This document shows positions 1 to 9,539 of a stretch of 64,000 nucleotides of DNA, in pieces. The stretch covers positions 11,314 to 75,313 of the forward strand of contig JANMQV010000006.1 of the NCBI GenBank assembly GCA_031370645.1. The letters run 5' to 3'. The translations under genes and the position numbers were made by a program. Below the pieces are notes generated by a model, which ran no database searches, was not told the DNA's origin, and worked only from the letters and a program-made list of their open reading frames with translations. The DNA is from Candidatus Eiseniibacteriota bacterium. Its GTDB lineage: Bacteria > Eisenbacteria > RBG-16-71-46 > SZUA-252. Each line of letters starts with the position of its first letter. Position 1 is the first letter of the stretch.

Positions 1-382
1 GCCCTTGCGCCACGTTCGTGAGGAGATCATAGGCGAGCGTCCCGGCGATCCCGACGAGGAGCCAAACGAACGTGGAGGCGCCCCCGCGACGCGCGAGCGG
101 CCCACGCAAGAGACCCCCGATGGCTCCGAGCATCGCTCCTCCGAGAACTTGCGCCGCCAGCACCCAAGGATGCGGCGGACCGTAGGGATTCGCCACGCTG
201 AAGACCAGACGCGCGACCCCGCCGATCCAGGCGCCCCAGATGACGCCGGTCAGCGCCCCTGAAAGAACCGTGGCGGCGGAAAAAAGCTCCACGAAGAATA
301 GAAAGGGGAAGAGAACCATCTTGGCGTAGCCGCAGGCGACGGTAAAGGCGATGAGGGAGGCGCTACGGACGACCGTTCGCAT
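1..382 (-). CDS. ECF transporter S component (CbrT-like), runs off the window edge
   Basis: Not in the ORF track. Manual translation from ATG at 382 gives MRTVVRSASLIAFTVACGYAKMVLFPFLFFVELFSAATVLSGALTGVIWGAWIGGVARLVFSVANPYGPPHPWVLAAQVLGG...TLAYDLLTNVAQG: hydrophobic, with S-component-like VEL, NPYG and YDLLTN segments. Open to position 1. Confidence 0.7.
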   Translation of the reverse strand, partial: MRTVVRSASLIAFTVACGYAKMVLFPFLFFVELFSAATVLSGALTGVIWGAWIGGVARLVFSVANPYGPPHPWVLAAQVLGGAMLGAIGGLLRGPLARRGGASTFVWLLVGIAGTLAYDLLTNVAQG

Positions 383-456
383 GGGAGGGCGAGACGAAGG
401 CGGACGGTATCAGATGAAGGGGTACGGCGCTACGCGAAAAGCGAAGGAGGGCGGAG

Positions 457-1302
457 CTAGGGGCGGCTTCGGAGCGGCCGGCGGGCGCGGAACGCCTCCT
501 CGAGTGGGCCGAGGATCTCGTACGGCACCGGAACCGAGCCGATGGCCACGCCCGGGGTTCGAGCTCCGTGGCAGTCGGAACCGCCGGTCTTCAAGAGCCC
601 GTACCGGTCGGCGATGGCGGTGAACTTCTTCACGGCCGAGGCGTCGTGCTTCGTGTGCCAGACCTCGATGCCATCGAGCCCGCGGCGCGTCCAGCCCTCG
701 ATCAGGTGATCTCGATTGAGCGTGCCGGGATGGGCGAGGACGGTGACCCCGCCCGCCTCGTGCACGATGGCGGCCGCCTCGTCCATCGGCACCGTCATCT
801 TCGGAACGTACGCGGGCGCATGGTGTCCGAGAAATCGTTGAAACGCTTCGTTCAGCGTGTCGACGTGCCCTTCTTGGAGAAGCGCTTCGGCCACGTGCGG
901 TCGGCCGATCGCCCCGCCGTTCGCGATCGCCTCGATCTCTTCGATCGATATCTTGATTCCGATTCCCTTCAACCGCGCGAGGATCTTCCGGGCCCGCTCG
1001 TGCCTTCCCTGGCGCCAGCGCGCGAGTGCCACGGCGAATCCGGGTTCTTCGGGATCGAAGCCGTATGCGAGGACGTGAACGTCGATCCCCTGCTCGTTCA
1101 CCGAGAGCTCGACTCCGGTGATGACGCGAATGCCGGCCGCCTCCGCGCGTTCGCGGAGCCGGGGGATGCCGTCGACGGCGTCATGATCGGTGAGCGCGAT
1201 GACTTCGACGCCCTGGCGGGCGGCGTGGGCGGCTACCTCCTCCGGGGTGTCGGCGCCGTCGGAGGCGGTCGAATGAAGGTGAAGGTCGAGTCGCGCGCCC
1301 AT
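457..1302 (-). CDS. PHP-domain phosphoesterase (YciV/TrpH-like)
   Basis: DLHLHSTASDG, ALTDHD, GVELS, HVLAY, GRPH, LAHP and GGSDCHG motifs. Start reset to ATG 1302, which overlaps the upstream TAA (TAATG). Confidence 0.9.
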   Translation of the reverse strand: MGARLDLHLHSTASDGADTPEEVAAHAARQGVEVIALTDHDAVDGIPRLRERAEAAGIRVITGVELSVNEQGIDVHVLAYGFDPEEPGFAVALARWRQGRHERARKILARLKGIGIKISIEEIEAIANGGAIGRPHVAEALLQEGHVDTLNEAFQRFLGHHAPAYVPKMTVPMDEAAAIVHEAGGVTVLAHPGTLNRDHLIEGWTRRGLDGIEVWHTKHDASAVKKFTAIADRYGLLKTGGSDCHGARTPGVAIGSVPVPYEILGPLEEAFRARRPLRSRP

Positions 1303-3296
1303 TATCCGAGGTCCCGGGAGCCAGACAACTTTTGCTTCAGCTCTCGTACCTTGGTCGCGACTTTCAAGAAGTCGACATTCAGGACGTGGACCTCCTCGAA
1401 ATGCTGGAGGGCGCGGTCGAGGTTTCCAAGGCGTTCGTGAGCCACACCCAGATTGTACCGGATACTGATCGTTTCGTCCGGCCCATGTCCGGGGAGCTCC
1501 AGCGCCCGGGTAAGCTCCTTGATGGCCTCGCCAGGCTCGTTCTTCTCCAGGCAGCAGAGGGCGATCATCTCGAGCGACTTGAGTTCCATGGGCGCCCCCT
1601 TCTGCGCGATCTGGAACTCGGCGATCGCCTCGTCGTAGAGGCCCATTTCCATGTAGGCCATGCCGAGATCGTAGTGGCTCTCGTGGTCCTCGCCGGAGAT
1701 CGAGTTCTGCACACCCTGCTTGAACTCGTCGATGATCTCCTCGAGGTCCACCAGGCTGTCGAGGTTCGACGGCGTTTCGTCGCGCACGCGAACCGAGGCG
1801 GCCGGTTTCGGCACATTGATCGCGTCGAAGTCGATGTCGCTCCCCGCAGGGGTCGGCGTGTGGAGGAGCGCGTCGAGCCGCTGTACGCGCATCCGCGCGC
1901 GGTCGCTCGAGCCGTCGATCTCGAGCACGCGCAGGTACTCGGCGCGAGCGAGCGCCCACTCTTCCATCGCCAGGTAGCGCTCGGCGAGATCGAATCGCGC
2001 TCGCGCCTCCGCGGGACGGTCCTCGGTCTGCGCCGTGATGTCGACTTGGCGCCGGAGCGCCGCCTCGTGCTGCGGCGCGATCTGGAGGAGCGACGCGAGA
2101 AGCATCCGCGCGCGGTCGAGATCTCCGCGGAAGAACGAGAGCTCCGCGGCCTTCCAGAATTCGTCCGCGGCGAGCTCGGGCTTTCCGGTGCTGAGATAGG
2201 TCGTCGCCAGTTCCTCGTGGCTCGGCGGCACGGTCTCCGCGGGCGCGATGAAGACCGGCTCCGCTTCCGCGGGCGCCGGTGCCGCGGGAGCGGTGGGAGC
2301 CGGCGGCGTTGCCGCGACCGGAACCCCAGGCGACGCGCTCGCTGGCGCGGAATCGCCCTCCGTCTGCGTGAACGGCTTCGAGAACGAGATCTTCTCCTCC
2401 GGCGGCGCGACGAGCGGCTCCGAGGAGAGCGAGACGACGCCCGGCTCGAGCGGACCGGTCGCTCCGCCGGCGGACGTCGGCGAAGGATCGCTCGCCGGCC
2501 CGTGGGCGAGCGAGACGACGCCCGGCTCGAGATTCCCCGCGCCGCCCGGCGCGATCGACTGGGCGGAGGATTCGAAGCCGTTTCGGCTCGGCGGCATCGT
2601 GACCGGCGCCGATTCGCTTTGGAGACCGGAGCCCTGTTCGATGGCGAACGTGCCGTCGCCCGAATCCGCGGGGGCCGCGGGAGCGGCCGCCGCCGAACCG
2701 ATCGAAGGCGCAAGTGTGGACGCGCGCTCGCGCAACTCGACCGCGGCGCTTCGCCGACCCGCCTGTTCCGCGCGGTCTGCCCGCCGGATGAGTTCCTTGC
2801 CGCCGCGCTCGGGCTGATCGCCGCGCATGGCGATCTCGACGTACTTCTCCGAGAGTTCTTCGTTGTCGGGGGAGAGCGAGAGGACCTGGTCGAGCGCGTC
2901 GAGCGCCGACTCGTGCTCCTGGCGGCGAATCGACCCTTCGGCGTACTCGAGGTAGTGGATCTGCGCGTCGCCGTAGAGCCCCTCTTTCGCGTAGAGGTCT
3001 CCGAGCGAGCGGTGAATCTGGAGGTCCTCCTTCGAAATCCGGAGGATCTTCTTGCAGACCGCGATGGCGTTCTTGAACAGTTCGCCCCGCGTGTACTCGT
3101 CCACGGCCTGGCGGTAGCGGCGGACCGCCTCCTGCATGGAGCCGCGCTTCGCGAGCAGATCCGCGACCAGAATGAAGTCGTACGGGTCCTTATCGCCGCT
3201 GTCGAAGAGCTTATCGAACTCCGCCAGGGCGGCGTCGATCTGCCCCTTCTGGATCAGCAGCTGGGCTTTCTTCTTGATCGCGAGATTGCGGTCCAC
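1302..3296 (-). CDS. Tetratricopeptide-repeat protein (N- and C-terminal TPR clusters, Pro/Ala-rich linker)
   Basis: TPR-like helices such as LGDLYAKEGLYGDA, HYDLGMAYMEMGLYDEAIAEFQ and RYNLGVAHERLG; 664 aa. Confidence 0.85.
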   Translation of the reverse strand: MDRNLAIKKKAQLLIQKGQIDAALAEFDKLFDSGDKDPYDFILVADLLAKRGSMQEAVRRYRQAVDEYTRGELFKNAIAVCKKILRISKEDLQIHRSLGDLYAKEGLYGDAQIHYLEYAEGSIRRQEHESALDALDQVLSLSPDNEELSEKYVEIAMRGDQPERGGKELIRRADRAEQAGRRSAAVELRERASTLAPSIGSAAAAPAAPADSGDGTFAIEQGSGLQSESAPVTMPPSRNGFESSAQSIAPGGAGNLEPGVVSLAHGPASDPSPTSAGGATGPLEPGVVSLSSEPLVAPPEEKISFSKPFTQTEGDSAPASASPGVPVAATPPAPTAPAAPAPAEAEPVFIAPAETVPPSHEELATTYLSTGKPELAADEFWKAAELSFFRGDLDRARMLLASLLQIAPQHEAALRRQVDITAQTEDRPAEARARFDLAERYLAMEEWALARAEYLRVLEIDGSSDRARMRVQRLDALLHTPTPAGSDIDFDAINVPKPAASVRVRDETPSNLDSLVDLEEIIDEFKQGVQNSISGEDHESHYDLGMAYMEMGLYDEAIAEFQIAQKGAPMELKSLEMIALCCLEKNEPGEAIKELTRALELPGHGPDETISIRYNLGVAHERLGNLDRALQHFEEVHVLNVDFLKVATKVRELKQKLSGSRDLG
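2427..2531. repeat. 24-bp exact direct repeat (2427-2450 and 2508-2531) encoding LEPGVVSL twice in the TPR linker
   Basis: gagcgagacgacgcccggctcgag occurs twice, 81 bp apart and in frame. Confidence 0.9.
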
Positions 3297-3323
3297 GATG
3301 CCTCGTTCGCTCCTTCGAAGTCG

Positions 3324-4865
3324 CTACGCCCCGGCCGCGAGTCCCATCCGCGTCCGCACCCGATCCAGAATCCCCGCGTGAAGCGCCGCCGCTCTCTCGG
3401 TCGCCTGTCGCGCTCGAACCTCGAGGCCTCCGCGCTCCTCCGCCGCGACCGACGGCAGATTGATCGCCACGTTCAGTGCGGCACCCTCCACACCTCCCCG
3501 GGCGAGCCACCCGGCCACTCCCGCGTCACTCACGGCGTTCAGATTCCCCACTTCGGCGACCTCGGCCACGAGTTCCAGAGCCCGCAGACAGGCTTCCGCC
3601 GTTCGAAGCGGCACCGCCGCCGCGTTTCGGGCGGCATCCGACAGCGCCTTCTCGCGCGTTGCCGTCTCTTCCGGCGTTCGCTGCGACATCTTCGACGCGG
3701 CCACGAAGCCCTCGTAGGCTCTCGCGTCCTCCGCGACCAAGTCGAAGAGTTCCCTTCGAAGCGCCTCGCCGTTTCGCTCCACGGAGCGCATCCGCTCCTC
3801 GTGCTCGGCGTAGCGCTTCTTTCCGATCGTCAGCCGCGCCACCATCGTCGCGAGCGCGCCGGCGAGCGAACCCGCGAGCGCCGCCACGCTTCCCCCGCCG
3901 GGCGTCGGCGCCGACGAGGCGACCTCGTCGAGGAACTCCGGCACCGCCTGTTCCGCGGCGCCGAGGTTTCGGGCCAGCCGAGTTTCCAAGATCTGCTCTC
4001 GGGAGAAGCTCTCGAGCCGCAGGGTGTGCTCCGCGACGTCGATGAGCGCGTCCTGGCAAACCAGGCCGACGATCTCGCTCCCCACGATCGGAACGCCGTA
4101 GCGCTCCGCCTCCTCCCGGATCATCGCGAAGACGCGGTGCACCGGAGTGCCCCACGTGTTCACGAGATTCATCGACACCTGGACGATTCCTCGCTCGTGA
4201 AGCTCGAAGCCGAGCGCCTTCACGTACCGAAGCCCGCCCGTCTGGAAGCGGATCGCCTTCGCGATTCGCTTCGCCACTTCGACGTCGCGGGTTCCGAGAT
4301 TCACGTTGAACGCGAGCAGCGGGAGCCTCGCCCCGATGGCGATCGCACCTGCCGACGCGTGAATCAACTTCGGACCGAAGTCGGGATCACGCTCGGGATT
4401 CGTTCCGAGCTCCTTCCCGATTCCCTCAAACTCGCCGCGCCGGACGTCCGCCAAATTCTGGCGGGCTGGCCGGGTCGCCGCTGCCTCATAGAGATAGACT
4501 GGGATCCCCAACTCCGTTCCAATCCGCTCCCCGGCACGGCGCGCCAACTCGACGCAACGATCGAGCTTCGAGGATCCGACCGGAACGAACGGGAGCACGT
4601 CGGTGGCGCCCATCCGAGGGTGCTCCCCCTGGTGCTTCCTCAAATCGATCAGCTCGGCCGCCTTACGCACGGCCCGGACGGCAGCCTCCAACACGGCTTC
4701 CGGTTCCCCCACGAAGGTGACCACCGAACGGTTGTGATCGGCGTTCATCTCATGTCCGAGCAACTGGATCGAGCGATCATGCGAAATTTCGGCAACAATG
4801 GCCGTAACTACAGACTTATTTCGGCCTTCGCTGAAGTTGGGAACGCACTCGATCAGCTCTGCCAT
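3324..4865 (-). CDS. ftcD: Bifunctional glutamate formiminotransferase / formiminotetrahydrofolate cyclodeaminase
   Basis: MAELIECVPNFSEG, DHNRSV and HPRMGATDV; C-terminal cyclodeaminase domain with PTPGGGSVAA and GNLNAVSDAG. GGAGG precedes ATG 4865. Confidence 0.95.
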   Translation of the reverse strand: MAELIECVPNFSEGRNKSVVTAIVAEISHDRSIQLLGHEMNADHNRSVVTFVGEPEAVLEAAVRAVRKAAELIDLRKHQGEHPRMGATDVLPFVPVGSSKLDRCVELARRAGERIGTELGIPVYLYEAAATRPARQNLADVRRGEFEGIGKELGTNPERDPDFGPKLIHASAGAIAIGARLPLLAFNVNLGTRDVEVAKRIAKAIRFQTGGLRYVKALGFELHERGIVQVSMNLVNTWGTPVHRVFAMIREEAERYGVPIVGSEIVGLVCQDALIDVAEHTLRLESFSREQILETRLARNLGAAEQAVPEFLDEVASSAPTPGGGSVAALAGSLAGALATMVARLTIGKKRYAEHEERMRSVERNGEALRRELFDLVAEDARAYEGFVAASKMSQRTPEETATREKALSDAARNAAAVPLRTAEACLRALELVAEVAEVGNLNAVSDAGVAGWLARGGVEGAALNVAINLPSVAAEERGGLEVRARQATERAAALHAGILDRVRTRMGLAAGA

Positions 4866-4954
4866 GGGGTTCCTCCCGGGTCGGTTTGGTCGCACGGCGG
4901 GGGCGCGGTTCGGGCCGCGATCGCCATTCAAGACAGAGAATTAGAGCATTGAGT

Positions 4955-6280
4955 TCAGGTGCAACGAGAGCCCGGGCCGGCGTCGTACACGACCTCGCCC
5001 CGGACCACGACCATGCGGGTGTGGTCGTGCCCGTAGTGGTAGGGGATGTGGCGATGGTCGCCCCCCTCGAAGAGGGCGAGATCGGCCTCGAACCCTGGCT
5101 GAATCCGGCCAATCCGGTCGCTTCTTCCGATCGCGGCGGCGGCGTTCGCGGTGACGGCCATCCAGGCTTCGGCCGGGGTCATCTTCATCTGCGTGACCGC
5201 CATCGTCATCGCGAGCGGAAGCGAAGCGGACATGGTGCTCCCCGGATTCCAGTCTGTCGCGACCGCGACGGGAACTCCGAGTTCGATCATCCGTCGCGCG
5301 GGCGCGTACGGAAGCCCGAGCGTGAAGGCGGTGCCGGGGAGGAGGACGGCGATGACGCCCGCCTCGGCCATGGCGCGGAGTCCCCGTTCGGACGAGAAGA
5401 GGAGATGATCGGCGGAAACGGCCCCCACCTCGGCCGCCAGCGCGGCGGCGCCCACGTCCCCGAGTTCATCGGCGTGGAGCTTCGGCACGAGTCCGTGCCG
5501 CTTCCCCGCCTCGAGCACCCGGCGCGATTCCTCGACCGTGTAGATCCCCCGATCGCACCAAACGTCGCAGAAGGCGGCGAGTCGCTCCGCTTGAACCGCG
5601 GGGATCATCTCGTCGATCAAGAGCGAGATGTAGTCGTCGCGGCGCGAGCGGTATTCCGCGGGAATCGCGTGCGCGCCGAGGAACGTCGCCGCGATCTTCA
5701 CCGGAGACGCCGCCGCGGCGCTGGCGAGGGCGCGAAGCTGCTTTCGCTCCTCGTCCCAAGAGAGTCCGTAGCCGCTCTTCGCCTCGACCGTGGTGACGCC
5801 CTGCTCGAGTAGGAGGCGAAGTCGGCCGGCGACTCGCTCGGCCAATTCGTCTTCGCTCGTCGCGCGAAGCGAGCGGCGGCTCGACTCGATGCCGCCCCCC
5901 TTCGCCGCGATCGATTCGTACGTCTCGCCTCGGGCGCGCGCGTCGAACTCCATCTCCCGCGTCCCGGCGAAGGGGAGGTGCGTGTGGGCGTCGATCAGTC
6001 CGGGCGTCACGAGAAGCCCGCCGGCGTCGATGACGCGCGCGGCGAGTCGTTCGGGGTAGGCCGCGGCCACCTCGGCGGTCGGACCAACGGCGACGACGAC
6101 TCCGCCGACGCAGGCGACCGCCGCGTCGGCGAGGAGGAGCGGCTCGTCGAGCGCGCGCCCCCGAAGCGGCGCGCCACCGGGCGTGGCGGGCGCGGTCAGA
6201 AGCTCCGCCGCCCCCAGAATGAGGAGATCGGCGCGGCCCGCGGCTCCCCCGTTCGGCGTCGGCGTCGGGGCCGTGGTCAC
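4955..6280 (-). CDS. hutI: Imidazolonepropionase
   Basis: [33 protein letters not shown] and ATDWNPG; sits in the hut cluster. Confidence 0.95.
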   Translation of the reverse strand: MTTAPTPTPNGGAAGRADLLILGAAELLTAPATPGGAPLRGRALDEPLLLADAAVACVGGVVVAVGPTAEVAAAYPERLAARVIDAGGLLVTPGLIDAHTHLPFAGTREMEFDARARGETYESIAAKGGGIESSRRSLRATSEDELAERVAGRLRLLLEQGVTTVEAKSGYGLSWDEERKQLRALASAAAASPVKIAATFLGAHAIPAEYRSRRDDYISLLIDEMIPAVQAERLAAFCDVWCDRGIYTVEESRRVLEAGKRHGLVPKLHADELGDVGAAALAAEVGAVSADHLLFSSERGLRAMAEAGVIAVLLPGTAFTLGLPYAPARRMIELGVPVAVATDWNPGSTMSASLPLAMTMAVTQMKMTPAEAWMAVTANAAAAIGRSDRIGRIQPGFEADLALFEGGDHRHIPYHYGHDHTRMVVVRGEVVYDAGPGSRCT

Positions 6281-7971
6281 GTCGATCGCGGGATGGTGAG
6301 CCCGTGCCGCTTCGCGTTCGCCAGCGCGTCAGGATAGCCCGCGTCGGCGTGACGGAAGAGGCCCATGGCGGGATCGTTTGTGAGGACGCGCCGAATGCGT
6401 GCGAGTCCGGCCGGAGTTCCATCGGCCACCATAACGACGCCCGCGTGAATCGAGTTCCCGATCCCGACGCCGCCGCCGTGATGGACGGACACCCACGAAG
6501 CGCCCGAAACCGCGTTCACGAGCGCGTTCAGGATCGGCCAGTCGGCGATCGCGTCGCTCCCGTCCCGCATCGCCTCGGTCTCCCGGTGAGGCGAGGCGAC
6601 CGAGCCGCAGTCGAGATGATCGCGGCCGATCACGATCGGCGCCTCCACCTCTCCCCGCTCGACCAGGCGGTTCAACACTTCGCCGAAGCGCGCCCGCTCG
6701 CCCATCCCGAGCCAGCAGATGCGCGCAGGCAGCCCCTGGAAGGCAACCCGCTCCGAGGCGAGACGAATCCAGCGGTGGAGCGGCTCGTTGTCGGGAAAGA
6801 GTTCGAGGACCGCGCGGTCGGTGACGGCGATGTCCTTGGGATTCCCCGAGAGCGCCGCCCAGCGGAATGGCCCCTTCCCCTCGCAGAAGAGGGGTCGGAT
6901 GAACTCGGGGACGAATCCGGGGATCGTGAAGGCATCGGTCACGCCCGCCTTCTCCGCCTGCGCGCGAATATTGTTGCCGTAGTCGAACGTCACCGCGCCG
7001 GCGTTCTGAAAGTCGCGCATGGCGCGCACGTGACGCCCCATCGATTCGACCGAGAGGGCGATGTACCGCGTCGGGTCCTCCACGCGAAGCCGAAGCGCGT
7101 CCTCGTACGACATGCCGCCCGGCACGTAACCGTTCAGTTCGTCGTGCGCGGAGGTCTGATCGGTGACGAAATCGGGCCGCACGCCGCGGCGCACCATCTC
7201 CGGAAGGAGATCGGCTGCGTTCCCGACGAGACCGATGGAAAGCGCGCGGCGCGCCTTCGTCGCCTCCTCCACCCAGCGAAGCGCCTCGTCGAGGGAGCTG
7301 GTGCTTTTGTCGACGTAGCGGGTCTCCAGACGGCGCTCCACGCGGTGCGGATCGACGTCCAGGGCGAGACAGACGCCTTCGTTCATCGTGACGGCGAGCG
7401 GCTGCGCACCCCCCATGCCACCGAGTCCCGCCGTGAGAACCCACTTCCCTTGGAGCGTGCCGCCGCCGTGCTGACGCGCCGCCTCGGCGAACGTCTCGTA
7501 CGTCCCCTGAAGAATTCCCTGCGTGCCGATGTAGATCCAGGAGCCGGCCGTCATCTGGCCATACATCGTGAGGCCCTTCGCCTCGAGCGCGCGGAATTCG
7601 TCCCACGTCGCCCACTTCGGCACGAGAAGCGAATTGGCGATGAGGACGCGCGGGGCGTCGGGGTGCGTGTTCACCACTCCGACCGGCTTTCCCGACTGCA
7701 CGAGGAGCGTCTGATCGTTCTCGAGCGCGCGGAGCGACGAGACGATGGCGTGATAGTCGGGCCAGGAGCGCGCCGCGCGGCCCGTGCCGCCGTAGACGAC
7801 GAGGTCTTGAGGCTTCTCCGCCACCTCCGGGTCGAGGTTGTTCATGAGCATCCGGAGCGCACCTTCCTGATGCCATCCCTTGCACGAACGCTGCGCGCCG
7901 CGCGGGGCGCGGATCGGTTCGGCGGGCGGCGTCCCCCTCAGCGAGGTGGGCGCGGTTTCGGCGCGAGTCAT
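6277..7971 (-). CDS. hutU: Urocanate hydratase
   Basis: [44 protein letters not shown] and [13 protein letters not shown]. Confidence 0.97.
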   Translation of the reverse strand: MTRAETAPTSLRGTPPAEPIRAPRGAQRSCKGWHQEGALRMLMNNLDPEVAEKPQDLVVYGGTGRAARSWPDYHAIVSSLRALENDQTLLVQSGKPVGVVNTHPDAPRVLIANSLLVPKWATWDEFRALEAKGLTMYGQMTAGSWIYIGTQGILQGTYETFAEAARQHGGGTLQGKWVLTAGLGGMGGAQPLAVTMNEGVCLALDVDPHRVERRLETRYVDKSTSSLDEALRWVEEATKARRALSIGLVGNAADLLPEMVRRGVRPDFVTDQTSAHDELNGYVPGGMSYEDALRLRVEDPTRYIALSVESMGRHVRAMRDFQNAGAVTFDYGNNIRAQAEKAGVTDAFTIPGFVPEFIRPLFCEGKGPFRWAALSGNPKDIAVTDRAVLELFPDNEPLHRWIRLASERVAFQGLPARICWLGMGERARFGEVLNRLVERGEVEAPIVIGRDHLDCGSVASPHRETEAMRDGSDAIADWPILNALVNAVSGASWVSVHHGGGVGIGNSIHAGVVMVADGTPAGLARIRRVLTNDPAMGLFRHADAGYPDALANAKRHGLTIPRST

Positions 7972-9539
7972 CGAACGGCTCCTTTCGTCTCAAACGGCGC
8001 GACGTCCGCCGCGTCGGCGGCGGCGGCGCTCGCGATCCATGAGTCGAGGCGTTCCAAGTCTTGATCGAGGCGCCGGTCCCCCGTCAGCGGAGGCACGAGC
8101 GCGCGGACGCCGGCGTGGAGCGCTTCGAGCGGCGCGCTTGAACGATGCGGCCGAAGCGACTCGATCCCCTGCGCGGCGCAGAGGAGTTCCGCCGCCACGA
8201 TGCGGCGAACATTCCGAACGAGCGCGAGCGCCTTGATCGCGGCGTGCATGGCGAAGCTCACGTGATCCTCCTGCCCCGCCGACGAAGGGATCGAATCGAC
8301 CGAGGCGGGGTGCGCCAGCGCCTTGTTCTCCGATACGAGCGCCGCCTGGAGATATTGAACGATCATGAGGCCCGACTCGAGCCCCGGATTCGTCGCGAGG
8401 AAGGGAGGAAGCCCGCTCTTCGACGACTCCAAGAGCAGGTAGCTCCGCCGCTCGGCGATCGATCCGACTTCGGCGAGGCCGATCGCCAGGAAGTCGAGCG
8501 CCTGCGCGATGGGCTGGCCGTGAAAATTCCCGGCCGACACGACCTCGGGGCTCGCGGCGCCCGGCGTGGCGTCGGCGAGGCAGAGCGGATTGTCGGTGAC
8601 GCTGTTCATTTCGATCACGAGCCGGTCGCGCGCGAACCACGCCGCTTCGATGGAAGCGCCGAGCACTTGCGGCGCGCAGCGGAAGGAGTAGGGATCTTGC
8701 ACGCGGTCGCAGTCGGCGTGGGACGCTACGATCTCGCTGCCGTCGAGGAGCCGGCGAACGGCCGCGGCGGAGGCGATCTGCCCCGCGTGCGGACGGAGGG
8801 CGTGGACGCGCGCGTCGAACGGTTTCGGACTCCCGCGCATCGCTTCTACCGACAGCGCGCAAGCCGCGTGCGCCGCGCGGAGCACTTCGAATCCTTCGTG
8901 GAGCGCCAGAATGCCGACCGCCGTGGCCGCCTGCGTCCCGTTGATGAGCGCGAGCCCCTCTTTCGCCGCAAGCGCGAGTGGCGCGATCCCCGCGTCGCGC
9001 AGGTGCTCGGCGGCCGGCGCCGCTCGTCCGGCGCGCCGCGCTTCCCCTTCCCCGATGACCACCAGCGCGAGATGGGCGAGCGGGATCAGATCGCCGCTCG
9101 CGCCGAGCGAACCCTTGCTCGGGACGATGGGGAGGATGTCGCGTTCGCGTAGTTCGAGAAGTCGCGCGACGAGTTCGGGGCGAACTCCGCTCGCGCCGAG
9201 CGAAAGGGAGTGGGCGCGAAGCGCGAGCATCAGGCGAACCACGGAGGGCTCGAGTTCCGGCCCCGCGCCCGCCGCGTGGCTTCGGAGGAGATTGACCTGC
9301 AGCGCCGCCAGGTCGCCGTCGGCGATGCGGACCGACTTGAGCGCTCCAAACCCGGTGTTGACGCCGTAGACGGCGGCCCCTCGGCGAAGCGAGTCGTCGA
9401 CGAGCGCGCGCGAAGGGGCCATCCGTCCGGCCGCGCCGGCGTCAAGCCGCGCGGGAGCACCCGATGCGAGCGCGCGAGCGTCGTTGAAGGTGAGCGCGCG
9501 TCCCCCGATGGGGACCGGGGCCGGGGTCACGCTGGACAC
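7968..9539 (-). CDS. hutH: Histidine ammonia-lyase
   Basis: [11 protein letters not shown]-forming [29 protein letters not shown] and GNFHG. Start reset to GTG 9539 behind GGAGG (alternative GTG 9530). Confidence 0.95.
   Translation of the reverse strand: MSSVTPAPVPIGGRALTFNDARALASGAPARLDAGAAGRMAPSRALVDDSLRRGAAVYGVNTGFGALKSVRIADGDLAALQVNLLRSHAAGAGPELEPSVVRLMLALRAHSLSLGASGVRPELVARLLELRERDILPIVPSKGSLGASGDLIPLAHLALVVIGEGEARRAGRAAPAAEHLRDAGIAPLALAAKEGLALINGTQAATAVGILALHEGFEVLRAAHAACALSVEAMRGSPKPFDARVHALRPHAGQIASAAAVRRLLDGSEIVASHADCDRVQDPYSFRCAPQVLGASIEAAWFARDRLVIEMNSVTDNPLCLADATPGAASPEVVSAGNFHGQPIAQALDFLAIGLAEVGSIAERRSYLLLESSKSGLPPFLATNPGLESGLMIVQYLQAALVSENKALAHPASVDSIPSSAGQEDHVSFAMHAAIKALALVRNVRRIVAAELLCAAQGIESLRPHRSSAPLEALHAGVRALVPPLTGDRRLDQDLERLDSWIASAAAADAADVAPFETKGAVR

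Noticed and set aside
383-456. Possible cobalamin or folate riboswitch before the ECF S component
   Set aside because: Only 74 nt long, with no B12-box or other conserved riboswitch element visible.
1332-4952. 1206-aa plus-strand ORF and other long antisense ORFs (e.g. 6304-8064, 25384-27240, 28784-30817, 34584-37541, 59826-61916)
   Set aside because: They lie opposite well-supported genes, show no motifs and are Arg-rich. High GC makes stop codons scarce in shadow frames.
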